Shown here in pieces: positions 10,204 to 19,034 of a stretch of 64,000 nucleotides of DNA. Below the pieces are notes generated by a model, which was not told the DNA's origin, did not search any database, and saw only the letters and a program-made list of their open reading frames with translations. Location: contig JAPSGB010000022.1 in NCBI GenBank assembly GCA_035063585.1, positions 1-64,000 on the forward strand, written 5' to 3'. The position numbers were made by a program, and so were the translations under genes. Within the stretch, counting starts at the first letter, position 1. Each line of letters begins with the position of its first letter. This DNA comes from Polyangiaceae bacterium (GTDB taxonomy: Bacteria > Myxococcota_A > Polyangia > Polyangiales > Polyangiaceae).

Positions 10204-10536
10204 TCAGAGCAGGCACTGCTCGAGTTGGTCGGGGTTCGACGCCTTCATGGCGCACTCGAACTGCCGGCGGGTGACCTCGCTGCTGCAGCGCGAGAAGGCC
10301 GGATCTTGGGCGGCCTTCGCGCGCGCGGTGCTCTGCAGGCGAGTCACCTCGCCGCCGCCCGCGTCCGGCCGGTCCGCCTGTACGAGCAGCTCGACGTAGT
10401 GATCGAGGAGCGCGCCGCACTCGTCCGTCGAGAGCGGCTTCTGACAGCCGGGCGCGAGCGCGGCGAGCGCGCCGCACCCGATTAGTCGAAGCAGCGCTCG
10501 ACGATGTCCTTGGAGGTCTTCGCGGTCCGCACGCAT
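10204..10536 (-). CDS. Small helical Cys-pattern lipoprotein (start uncertain)
   Basis: LAALAPGC lipobox, then QKPLSTDEC...RC...EC...QC; similar Cys spacing to the neighbour. Start is ATG 10536 or non-canonical CTG 10494. Confidence 0.7.
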   Translation of the reverse strand: MRADREDLQGHRRALLRLIGCGALAALAPGCQKPLSTDECGALLDHYVELLVQADRPDAGGGEVTRLQSTARAKAAQDPAFSRCSSEVTRRQFECAMKASNPDQLEQCLL

Positions 10537-10796
10537 TCGAGGGCCTTGTCCGTGATGCGCTTGCCGACGCAGTCCTTCATCGTGGTCTGCTTGAGGGACT
10601 CCTTGGCGCGGGAGATCTCCTCGGCGACGAGCTTGGGATCGTTCGGGTATTCTCGCTCGAGCTCGAGGCGAGCGATACGCTCGACGATCTCGTCGCAGTC
10701 CGCCTCGGTGGCAGGGTGCCCGCAGCCAGACACGCCCAGCGAGAGGAGCGCCGCGACGAGCAGGCTGTGGCGAAGTAGCGGAAGGGCGGGGCACAT
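10482..10796 (-). CDS. Small helical Cys-pattern lipoprotein
   Basis: LLSLGVSGC lipobox, then GHPATEADC...DCVGKRITDKALEC...ERCFD. Confidence 0.8.
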   Translation of the reverse strand: MCPALPLLRHSLLVAALLSLGVSGCGHPATEADCDEIVERIARLELEREYPNDPKLVAEEISRAKESLKQTTMKDCVGKRITDKALECVRTAKTSKDIVERCFD

Positions 10797-10923
10797 CGAG
10801 CGAAGCGGCGCGAGCCGTCGGGTGGTGGTCGTGGAGACCCCGGAGCCCGGCGATTCCGCGAGGACCCAGCCACTATTGCCCGAAAACTGGATGCCTGTAC
10901 AGGTGATGCTAGGATTCTCCGGG

Positions 10924-11694
10924 ATGACCCGGGCGCCAGCAAGCGCCGCCCCGCCGGCCACTCCGGAGGACCTCCTCCGCAAGGCAACCCTCGCGCGTAC
11001 GGCCGGCCTCCGAGCCAAGTACGCGCAGCGCGGGCTCGCCCATCAGGGGGCGGTGGACCGCACCACGCGGGCCATGCTGCTTCGCCAACTCTACCTCTCG
11101 TACATGGAAGCGCGTCGGTTCGAGGACGCCCTCGTCATCGCGGACCAGATGGTTGTGCTCGACGTGATGCCGGACGTCGCGAGGCAGGACGCAGCGCGGG
11201 CGTGCCTCGGTCTCGGCGACCGCGACGGCGCCATCGATCACCTGCGCCTCGCCGGCCGGGTCAGCCCGCCTTCGCGCCGCGCGTTTCACCTCTGGACGCT
11301 CGGCAGCGTCCTCTGCTTGTCGGGGCGCCCGGCCGATGCGGTCGGCGCGCTCGAGCGCGCCGCGCGCTGGGGCACGGTCGATCGGCCGCTCTATCTCGCC
11401 CAGCTCGCCCTGGCGCGCCGCGCAGCCGGCGAGTCGGTCGGACGTGAAGCGCTCGAAGCGCTCCGGGAGCAACTCGCCGACGAGCCGTGCGGGCAGGGCT
11501 ACGGGCAGTTCGTGCTCGGTCAACTGGCGTATGAGCTGGGAGATGATGACGCATCGCGTCAATACCTGCGCGCCTTCGTGCGCCGCGCGACGGGTGGCCG
11601 CGTGGCGCTGGCCGTCGCGCTCGACGCCGAGACGACTCACGCTCGCCGCCTGCTCTCGCGACTCCGCCGTCGTCGGGCGAAGGCGGCCGAGTGA
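10924..11694 (+). CDS. TPR-like helical repeat protein
   Basis: Ala/Leu-rich TPR-like repeats; TAGGAT 8 nt before ATG 10924. Confidence 0.7.
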   Translation: MTRAPASAAPPATPEDLLRKATLARTAGLRAKYAQRGLAHQGAVDRTTRAMLLRQLYLSYMEARRFEDALVIADQMVVLDVMPDVARQDAARACLGLGDRDGAIDHLRLAGRVSPPSRRAFHLWTLGSVLCLSGRPADAVGALERAARWGTVDRPLYLAQLALARRAAGESVGREALEALREQLADEPCGQGYGQFVLGQLAYELGDDDASRQYLRAFVRRATGGRVALAVALDAETTHARRLLSRLRRRRAKAAE

Positions 11695-11765
11695 CCCGCG
11701 CGGGTCAAATGAACTCGTAGGGGGAACCCAATCGCCGATTCCGCCCTATAGAATGGGTGCGCCTC

Positions 11766-13070
11766 ATGACACGACGCCTCGTCTCGCCCTCGCTCGTCTC
11801 AGCGCTCGTCGTGCTCTTCGCGTCGGCGACCGCGCACGCGGCCGAGCCTGACGCCTTCACGCGCGCGCTCTCCAAGGGGCCGCTCTACGCCGGCCTCGCC
11901 GCGCTCGCCGGCGGCTTGCTCGTCAGCTTGACGCCGTGCGTGTACCCGATGATCGCGGTCACGGTGAGCGTGTTCGGCGCGCGCGAGGTGAAGAGCCGCT
12001 CGCACGGCGCGCTGCTCTCTTTGGCGTTCGTGCTCGGCATCGTCGCCATGTTCGTCCCGATGGGGGTCGCGGCGGGGCTCACCGGCAGCATGTTCGGCAG
12101 CGTGCTCCAGAGCCGCTGGGTCATCCTCGGGATCAGCGCGCTCTTCATCGCCATGGCGGCGTCGATGTTCGGCGCCTTCGAGCTCGCGCTCCCCTCGGCG
12201 CTGACCAACCGCCTGGCGACCATGGGCGGGATCGGGTTCAAGGGTGCGTTCGCGCTCGGCCTCGCCTGCGGCCTCATCGCCTCGCCGTGCACCGGCCCGG
12301 TGCTCACCGGGATCCTCGCGTGGATCGCCAAGACGCAGAGCGCGGGCCTCGGCGCGCTCGCGATGGGCGCGTTCGCGCTCGGCCTCGGCGCGCCCTTCTT
12401 CGTGGTGGGCGCGTTCGCCGTGCAGCTCCCGAAGAGCGGGCGCTGGATGAACCACGTGAAGTCGGTGCTCGGCATCGTGCTCTTGGTCGTGGCGTTCTAC
12501 TTCCTCAGCACGAAGTTCCCGTGGCTCACGACCTTGGCGAGCGCGACGCCCAAGTTCCTCGGGGTGACGGCGGCGCTCGTGCTCCTCGGCTTCGGGCTCG
12601 GCGCGGTGCACCGCTCCTTCGACGAGCCGGGAGCGGCGGTGAAGCTCGCGAAGGGCACCGGGGTGGCGCTCGCGAGCGTCGGCTCGTTCCTGCTGCTGGT
12701 CGGGGCCACCAAGCCGACCCGCACGCTGACCTGGGAGGCGGTGCCCGTCGAGGCGGCGCGCCAGCGAGCCGCGCGTGAACAGCGGCCGCTCCTGGTCGAT
12801 TTCTCGGCTGAGTGGTGCGGCGCCTGCAAGGAGCTCGAGAAGAAGACCTTCGCGCACCCGGAGGTCGCGAGCGAGGCTGGCCGCTTCGTCGCGGTCCGCG
12901 TCGACGCGACCGACGATGATGATCCCGCGGTCGAGAGCACGCTCGAGCGGTTCTCGGTGAAGGGGCTGCCGACCGTGCTCGTATTCGACTCTTCGGGCAA
13001 GGAGGCGCTGCGCTACAACGACTTCGTCTCGCCCGACGAGTTCCTCGAGGCGATCCGCGCCGTCAACTGA
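11766..13070 (+). CDS. dsbD: Thiol:disulfide interchange protein, DsbD/CcdA TM domain + thioredoxin
   Basis: SLTPCVYPM and ASPCTGP membrane Cys motifs; C-terminal WCGAC thioredoxin fold; no N-terminal Ig-like domain visible. Confidence 0.88.
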   Translation: MTRRLVSPSLVSALVVLFASATAHAAEPDAFTRALSKGPLYAGLAALAGGLLVSLTPCVYPMIAVTVSVFGAREVKSRSHGALLSLAFVLGIVAMFVPMGVAAGLTGSMFGSVLQSRWVILGISALFIAMAASMFGAFELALPSALTNRLATMGGIGFKGAFALGLACGLIASPCTGPVLTGILAWIAKTQSAGLGALAMGAFALGLGAPFFVVGAFAVQLPKSGRWMNHVKSVLGIVLLVVAFYFLSTKFPWLTTLASATPKFLGVTAALVLLGFGLGAVHRSFDEPGAAVKLAKGTGVALASVGSFLLLVGATKPTRTLTWEAVPVEAARQRAAREQRPLLVDFSAEWCGACKELEKKTFAHPEVASEAGRFVAVRVDATDDDDPAVESTLERFSVKGLPTVLVFDSSGKEALRYNDFVSPDEFLEAIRAVN

Positions 13071-13080
13071 CGCTCGCGGC

Positions 13081-13992
13081 TCAGGGCTCGAAGTCGGTCG
13101 GCGGCGGCTTCGAGGGCGGCGGCTTCGAGGGCGGCGGCTTCGAGGGCGCGGGCGCTCCGCCGGCCGGTCTTGGCCGCGGCTTGGGGCGGGCCTCGGCGTC
13201 GCTCGTGGTCGGGCTCGCCTCGGCGGGCGCGGGCGCCGGATGATGCGCGAAGCTGCCGTCATCGGTGCGAACGGCCTGGGTCAACTTTCGCAGGAGTTGG
13301 TGCGCCGAGTCGCGCACCTGCTCGGCGCGTGACGTCATGAGCGGCAGGAGCACCTTGGCGTCGTCGAGGTTCTTGCGGACCTCGGCCTTCTTGCGCGGCC
13401 CGCCCAGGCGGAAGGCGTCGTCCACCTGCGTCTCGAGCGCCATCAGCTGCGCGCGGAGCTCATCGAGCTGCTTCGCGGCCTTCTTCATCGAGTGGACGAC
13501 GTCGAGCTCCTTCTGGGCCGTGGTCTCCACCGCGGTGATGAACGTCCGGTCGTCACCCGTGAGCGCGGCGCCGGTCGCCTTCAGGTTGGCGGTGGGCTTG
13601 GTCTCCTCGTCTCCCTCGTCGAGCTCGAGCTCGAGCCCGACCCCGCGAGCGGCGAGCGCTTGGGCCAGCTTCTGCGCCTTCTTCGTCAGCATCGAGGTCG
13701 AGGCGTCCGGATCCGCGTCGAGCTTCGCGGCGAACGCGCGCCGGACTTCCTTCTCTCCGCTCGGCGCCTCGGCGAGCGCCACCTGCAGCGAGTAGAGCCG
13801 CTCGAAGAACTCATCGAAGGCGGGATTGCCGGACGAGTACTTCTGGCCTTGCCCGACCTTCGACGGACCCGGGCTCCCGAAGACGAAGCACCCGGGCAAC
13901 CCCGCGGCGACCGAGAGCGTGGTGACGACCGCCGCGGCCGGCGAGAGAACCCGGACGGCGGCGATGATCGCGGACATCTTGGCGCGCTTCAT
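13081..13992 (-). CDS. Helical/coiled-coil lipoprotein with Pro-rich tail
   Basis: AGLPGC lipobox-like motif; PSKPP x3 tail; ATGA overlap with the upstream gene's stop. Confidence 0.75.
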   Translation of the reverse strand: MKRAKMSAIIAAVRVLSPAAAVVTTLSVAAGLPGCFVFGSPGPSKVGQGQKYSSGNPAFDEFFERLYSLQVALAEAPSGEKEVRRAFAAKLDADPDASTSMLTKKAQKLAQALAARGVGLELELDEGDEETKPTANLKATGAALTGDDRTFITAVETTAQKELDVVHSMKKAAKQLDELRAQLMALETQVDDAFRLGGPRKKAEVRKNLDDAKVLLPLMTSRAEQVRDSAHQLLRKLTQAVRTDDGSFAHHPAPAPAEASPTTSDAEARPKPRPRPAGGAPAPSKPPPSKPPPSKPPPTDFEP

Positions 13993-16007
13993 GGACATTT
14001 CAGTAGGGCTCCCCATAGTTCATGACTCTTGCCACGGGCGACCAGAAAGAGCGACAAGCCGGCGGTCCCGCGGATCCACACGGTCCCCTGGCCGGCGTTG
14101 GTGCCGGTCGGTGACACGGTGACGGGCTTCCCGATCGGGAGCAGCGCGTCGTCGAGCGTCTGGACGCGGACGTCGTGTCGCCCCGCGGAGCCCTCCGTCC
14201 ACTGCAGCAGCCAGCCGGAGCCGAGCCCCGCCGCGCTCGGCGAGATGGCCTCGCTGCCCGGTCCGCCCGGCGGGATGGCGAATGGCTTCGAGTCGCGCGG
14301 CGGCGCGCTCGCGGTCCCGAGCGCGAGCTGCACGCCCCAGTGGTCGCTCGCCGTTTCGCGGGCCGCGAACACGACCAGCACCGAGTCGGTGTTGGCGGCC
14401 ACCATCGGCGTGCCACGCATCGCCGGCGCGCCGACGCGCTCGAGGTCGCGCTCGCGGCTCCCGTCCGCGCCGAGCCAGCCGACGAGCACGTCGCCCGACT
14501 GACCGCCGCGCCGGAAGGTCACCGCGTGGTCGCCCTTCGGCGTGGTGGCCACGCGGAGATCGGTGATTCTCTCTCCGGCGCCGCCGGGCCAGACGACGAC
14601 CGGAGCCTTGCCGGACTCCACGCGCGCGAGCCCCTCTTCGCTCATCCCGAGCGTGAAGCGCGTCGACCCGTCCACCGCGCGCGCGCCCGTGAGCCTCGCG
14701 CCGGCGCGATGCACCGCGAAGGTGGTCTTGCCGTCGCGGCGCTCCGGCACCACGGCCTCGACGGCGGCGGCGCCCTGGTCGTCGAAAGCGCGCTCCACCG
14801 CGAGCGTGGTCGGATCGATCAAGAGCCCGACCGCCGCGCCGGTCGTGGCGGCGAAGCCGACCGCGATCCGCGAGCCATCTCCGGCGTCCGCGGCGAGCGG
14901 CGGCACGCCCTGCACGATCTCGGCGGCGAGCCGCTCGGCTGGGCGCGCGAGCGTGCAGGCTCCCCGCGACGGCGCGCCGGAGGGCGCCGCGGTCGTGGCT
15001 CGAGTCGCGGGCGCCACCGCTTCCGGGATGGGGGCGACCGTCGGGGACGACGTCTCGCGGCGCGCGACGATGAGCACGATGACGAGCGCGCCGAGCGCGC
15101 CCGCGATCGCCGCGAGGATGACGACCCAGGGCGTCTGACGATCGAGCACTGCGGGAGGGGGCGGCGCGAACGACGGCGTGGCGGGCTCTGCGAGCTGCGC
15201 CGCGGACTCGAAGGTAGGCGGCGACTCGATGGCGAGCGCCGGAAGAGTCGGCTCGGGCGGCAGCGCCGCGCTCGGCGTCGGCGAGGTGGGGGCTGGCTCC
15301 GGGGCGAGCGGCGGCGTTGCCGGTGCTGCCGGTGCGCTCGCCGCGGTCGCGAGCGGCGCGAGCGGCTCGTCGGGCATCTCGCGGATCGCGATGTCGGGGA
15401 GCGGCGTGTCGACCGCGGAGCCGCCCGCGAGCCCCGGATGAAGGAGCGGGGTCGGAGCGGCCGGGACGCGCCGTGGCGGCGGCGGCACCGCGCCCGGTGG
15501 CCGCAGCGTCGCGGTGCTCGTCAGCGCCTGCGGCTCCTCCGCGATGGTCGGCATCGGCGGCCGCATCGGCGGCGGCGGCGGTGCCACCGACGCTGCGCGT
15601 CCCATGAGCGCCGCGGCGGAGATGGCGCCGCGGCTCACGCCATGACCCACTACCGGCGGCGGAGGCGGCGTGACCTTGACCCCGCCCGAGCGCGCGGCCC
15701 CGCCGAGCAACTCGGCGCCCGCCTTGCGCGCTTGGTAGGCCGCGTATCGGTCGAGCGGCGGCGGCGGCGGCACCGTCGCGCCAGTCTGCTCGGGCGCCAC
15801 CGCGGCCTCGAACTTCCCGCCAGGGATCGCCGAGGCGAGCTCACCGACTTGGCAGGCGTGGAGCCACCCGGCCCACCCGCGCTTCCAGACCAGCGCATAG
15901 AACGGTAGCGTTCCATCCGACAGCGAGGCGATGAGCTCCCACTCGTCGATGTCCTTCTGGGCGCCGTCGGTATCCGCCCACTTCCACTCGTTGGTGTCGT
16001 CGCTCAC
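13989..16007 (-). CDS. GYF_2 (DUF4339)-like domain + Pro-rich + TM + extracytoplasmic beta-rich protein
   Basis: N-terminal W..A...EL...L.DG.L...ALVWKRGW.GW pattern; central hydrophobic helix VVILAAIAGALGALVIVLIV. Confidence 0.78.
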   Translation of the reverse strand: MSDDTNEWKWADTDGAQKDIDEWELIASLSDGTLPFYALVWKRGWAGWLHACQVGELASAIPGGKFEAAVAPEQTGATVPPPPPLDRYAAYQARKAGAELLGGAARSGGVKVTPPPPPVVGHGVSRGAISAAALMGRAASVAPPPPPMRPPMPTIAEEPQALTSTATLRPPGAVPPPPRRVPAAPTPLLHPGLAGGSAVDTPLPDIAIREMPDEPLAPLATAASAPAAPATPPLAPEPAPTSPTPSAALPPEPTLPALAIESPPTFESAAQLAEPATPSFAPPPPAVLDRQTPWVVILAAIAGALGALVIVLIVARRETSSPTVAPIPEAVAPATRATTAAPSGAPSRGACTLARPAERLAAEIVQGVPPLAADAGDGSRIAVGFAATTGAAVGLLIDPTTLAVERAFDDQGAAAVEAVVPERRDGKTTFAVHRAGARLTGARAVDGSTRFTLGMSEEGLARVESGKAPVVVWPGGAGERITDLRVATTPKGDHAVTFRRGGQSGDVLVGWLGADGSRERDLERVGAPAMRGTPMVAANTDSVLVVFAARETASDHWGVQLALGTASAPPRDSKPFAIPPGGPGSEAISPSAAGLGSGWLLQWTEGSAGRHDVRVQTLDDALLPIGKPVTVSPTGTNAGQGTVWIRGTAGLSLFLVARGKSHELWGALLKCP

Positions 16008-16074
16008 GCGCCCGTTCGCCGCTGTTTGGTCCCCGCATCTTAGCGGGTTGGGCCCGCAGCGGGGAATTCCTCCG

Positions 16075-16773
16075 CTAGCGGTCGTCGCCCCCTGCTCCTT
16101 CGTTCAGCCCGGCGAGCGCGACGGCCATGATCGCGGTCAGTCGCGCGCCGCTCTCGCTCAGCGCCTCCGCGCACGCGCGCGCGGTCGCGCCCGTGGTCAC
16201 CACGTCATCGACGAGCACGACCCGTCGCCCCCTCAAGCGCTCGGGCGTGCGCGCCACGAACGCGCCCGACACGTTCTCGACGCGTGCGTCTGGCGCTCGG
16301 CCGGCCTGCTGCTCCGTCGCGCGTGTCCGCGCCAGCGCGAGCGGCGCGGACGCGCCACCGATGCGCCGCGCGAGCCGACCCGCGAGCAGCGCCGACTGGT
16401 TATAGCCGCGCTCGGCGAGCCGCGCGGGATGGAGCGGTACCGGCACGAGCAGCGCGCCCTCCGCGCGCCAACCGCGCGGCGTCGCCGCCTCGACGAGCGA
16501 CGTGAGCGCCGGCGCGAGCTCGGCTCGCCCGCGGTACTTGAAGCGTTGGACGGCTGCGGCGAGCGCGCCGCCGTACGCCGCGCCCGCGAACACCGGCGCG
16601 CCGGCGAGCGAGCTCTCGCGCGGTCCGCCCACCGTGGCCCGACAGCTCGCGCAGAACGGCGCGCCGTCGTCGACGAGCGCGTCGCAAGCCGCGCAGCCGC
16701 GCGGCGCGAGCACGTCGAGCGCGCGCTCGAGGAGCACGCGCGCCCGGTGCGAGGCTCGAGCGAGCGGCGTCAT
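16075..16773 (-). CDS. comF: ComF family amidophosphoribosyltransferase
   Basis: CAAC...CASC zinc ribbon, VPVPLH...ERGYNQS, VLVDDVVTTGAT PRPP-binding loop. Confidence 0.93.
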   Translation of the reverse strand: MTPLARASHRARVLLERALDVLAPRGCAACDALVDDGAPFCASCRATVGGPRESSLAGAPVFAGAAYGGALAAAVQRFKYRGRAELAPALTSLVEAATPRGWRAEGALLVPVPLHPARLAERGYNQSALLAGRLARRIGGASAPLALARTRATEQQAGRAPDARVENVSGAFVARTPERLRGRRVVLVDDVVTTGATARACAEALSESGARLTAIMAVALAGLNEGAGGDDR

Positions 16774-16775
16774 CG

Positions 16776-16801
16776 GGGTCTGGTCGGTCCGGCGCGGAAC
16801 C
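16776..16801 (-). repeat. Dispersed REP-like element, reverse copy, abutting the comF start
   Basis: Reverse complement is ggttccgcgccggaccgaccagaccc; first 17 nt match the array unit core. Confidence 0.75.
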
Positions 16802-17026
16802 GAGTTTCGCGACGACCGCGCGGCCGCATCTCACCGTTGCGGCGCGAGCGGAGCCGGCACGGCGCCGGCCGGCTCCGCGTCTCCGCGCGTCCGCACGCGA
16901 GCGTGTCCCCGAGGCTCGCGCATCCCGGCTCCGCGCGGGCGCCGGCGCCCGCGCCTCGTGAGCTCGCGGCGGGAGCGCGCCGGCGACGGCTGGCGCTCGC
17001 GCCGCGCTCCGGCCCGCGCGTCCGCC

Positions 17027-17331
17027 CCGCGAGGTTCCGCGCCGGACCGGCTAGCCACCCTCCCAGAAGGTCGGCGAAACTGGAACGGGGGCCATGAGCC
17101 GCGAGGTTCCGCTCCGGATCGGCTAGCCACCCTCCGAGCAGTTCGGCGAAACTGGAACGGCGGCCGCGAGCCGCGAGGTTCCGCGCCGGACCGGCTAGCC
17201 ACCCTCCGAGCAGTTCGGCGAAACTGGAACGGGGGCCATGAGCCGCGAGGTTCCGCGCCGGACGGCGAGCCGCCCTCCCAGAAGGTCGGCGAAACTGGAA
17301 CGGCGGCCGCGAGCCGCGAGGTTCCGCGCCG
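17027..17331 (+). repeat. Intergenic tandem array of 72-bp hairpin-forming units (4 full + 1 partial)
   Basis: Units start at 17027, 17099, 17171, 17243 and 17314 (4th unit is 71 bp). Consensus ccgcgaggttccgcgccggaccggctagccaccctcc[cagaaggt|gagcagtt]cggcgaaactggaacgg[gggccatg|cggccgcg]ag. Confidence 0.95.
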
Positions 17332-17424
17332 AGCCGGCGAGGTACGCTTTGCCAGCACGGACCAGACAGGGCTGACGCCACCCGAGAAGCGGCCCGTAGC
17401 GGGCCCGTCAGCCGGCGGGAGTCG

Positions 17425-17492
17425 GTGAATATTTTAGTGTAATTACGGAACGCTACGTGCGATGGATGGGATCTTCCTTGATTTCACGTCAG
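17425..17492 (+). promoter_or_regulatory. AT-rich putative promoter/regulator-binding region of the oxidase operon
   Basis: gtgaatattttagtgtaattac (GTAATTAC palindrome) and CCTTGA-N7-TCAGGG imperfect palindrome in otherwise very GC-rich DNA. Confidence 0.4.
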
Positions 17493-17504
17493 GGCGAGCC
17501 GAAC

Positions 17505-18176
17505 ATGACGCCAGTCAAACACATGACGCCTGTCGTTGCGCCACGCATTTTCATGGTTATGGGCGCGCTCGCGGTCTCCGCGGCGCTTGGTTGCAGCAAG
17601 GGCGGCCCGGTGCCGAGCGGCGGGACGGCGAGCGGCGCCGAGCTGTTCCAGCTCTGCGCGCAGTGCCACGGCGCCCACGGCGAGGGGAGCCATGAGTTCA
17701 GCGCGCCCGCCATCGCCGGCCTCGACGAGTGGTACGTGAAGCGCCAGCTCGAGCACTTCAAGTCGGGCGTGCGCGGCGCGCACCCGGACGACGCCAACGG
17801 CCTTCGGATGCGCCCGATGGCGCTCAGCCTGCGCAACGATGTCGACCTCGCGAGCGTCGCCGCCTACACGGCGAAGCTCTCGCGCGCCAAGCAGGAGAGC
17901 ACCGTGAAGGGCGACGTCGCGAACGGCCAGGCGCTCTTCGCCACCTGCAGCGCCTGTCACGGCGCGGACGGCCGCGGCAACGAGGCGATGAAGGCGCCGC
18001 CGCTCGCGAACACGAACGACTGGTACCTCCTGGCGCAGCTCGGAAAATTTCGCGCTGGTATCCGCGGGACCAACCCGGAAGACGTCGGCGGTGTGCTGAT
18101 GCGTCCGATGGCGATGACCTTGCCGGACGCGCAGGCGATGAAGGACGTCATCGCCTACGCCGCGACGCTCAAGTGA
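17505..18176 (+). CDS. Di-heme cytochrome c (c4/c553-like) lipoprotein
   Basis: Two CxxCH motifs (CAQCH, CSACH), each followed by ...RG...MRPMA; lipobox ALGC. Confidence 0.9.
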   Translation: MTPVKHMTPVVAPRIFMVMGALAVSAALGCSKGGPVPSGGTASGAELFQLCAQCHGAHGEGSHEFSAPAIAGLDEWYVKRQLEHFKSGVRGAHPDDANGLRMRPMALSLRNDVDLASVAAYTAKLSRAKQESTVKGDVANGQALFATCSACHGADGRGNEAMKAPPLANTNDWYLLAQLGKFRAGIRGTNPEDVGGVLMRPMAMTLPDAQAMKDVIAYAATLK

Positions 18177-18196
18177 GCCTAGGAGGATCCTCGACG

Positions 18197-18352
18197 ATGG
18201 CTAACAAGATCACCGCCGACTCCCTGTCACGCTGGGTGTTCTGGCTCACCATCATCTACGTCGGGCTCTACGTCGGCTGGGTCGCGTTCGTGGTCCTGCC
18301 CGGCGCTCCGAGTCCAGCTCCCTCGAGACCCGAGATCGGTGCCCATGATTGA
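18197..18352 (+). CDS. Small single-TM membrane protein in the oxidase operon
   Basis: Strong AGGAGG RBS; MANKITADSLSRWVFWLTIIYVGLYVGWVAFVVLP...; stop overlaps the coxB start. Confidence 0.75.
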   Translation: MANKITADSLSRWVFWLTIIYVGLYVGWVAFVVLPGAPSPAPSRPEIGAHD

Positions 18353-19034
18353 GAAGTATCTCCCCGCGGCGGCGAGCTACGCGAGCGACGTCGACCAGCT
18401 CATCTGGGTCATCACCCTGATGGTCGGCTTCTGGTTCATCCTCGCCGAAGGCGTGTTCTTCTGGCTCATCTTCAAGTTCCGCGCGAAGGAAGGGCGCCGC
18501 GCCCAGTACATCTCGGGCGAGAAGAAGGAAGAGACGCGCTTCATCACCTACCCGCACCTCGCGGTGCTGGTGTGCGACGTCGTCATCATCGTGATGGCGA
18601 TCAACGTCTGGTCGCACATCAAGCAGTCAAGTCCCAAGCCCGATGCCGTAGTCCGCGTGATCGCGCAGCAGTGGGCGTGGAGCTTCGTCCACCCCGGGCC
18701 GGACGGGAAGCTCGACACCGACGATGACATCCGCACCGTCGACGAGCTACGCGTCGAGGTCGACAAGAACTACGAGTTCGAGCTCGAGGCCCGCGACGTG
18801 GTCCACAGCTTCAGCGTCCCCGCCTTCCGCTTGAAGCAGGACGCAGTGCCCGGCCGCGTCATCACCGGCTGGTTCAAGCCGACCAAGACCGGCACCTTCG
18901 ACATCCAGTGCGCCGAGATCTGCGGCATCGGTCACGGGCTGATGCCGGCGCGCATCGTCATCGAGACCCCGGAGCAGCACGCCGCCTGGGTGGCGGCGCA
19001 CGAGCAGAGTACCGTCGCACAAGCGAGCCCATGA
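18345..19034 (+). CDS. coxB: Cytochrome c oxidase subunit II (CuA)
   Basis: Two TM helices, AQQWAWSF, DVVHSF, CAEICGIGHGLM CuA motif. Confidence 0.95.
   Translation: MIEKYLPAAASYASDVDQLIWVITLMVGFWFILAEGVFFWLIFKFRAKEGRRAQYISGEKKEETRFITYPHLAVLVCDVVIIVMAINVWSHIKQSSPKPDAVVRVIAQQWAWSFVHPGPDGKLDTDDDIRTVDELRVEVDKNYEFELEARDVVHSFSVPAFRLKQDAVPGRVITGWFKPTKTGTFDIQCAEICGIGHGLMPARIVIETPEQHAAWVAAHEQSTVAQASP

Noticed and set aside
17027..17331. CRISPR array interpretation of the 72-bp repeat
   Set aside because: There are no unique spacers (variable blocks recur as two alleles) and no cas genes in the window.
16502..17428. ORFs spanning the repeat array (16502-17428 +, 16770-17381 -, 16831-17358 -)
   Set aside because: Arg/Pro/Ala-rich shadow composition, overlap with comF, and the 71-bp fourth unit shifts the repeat frame.
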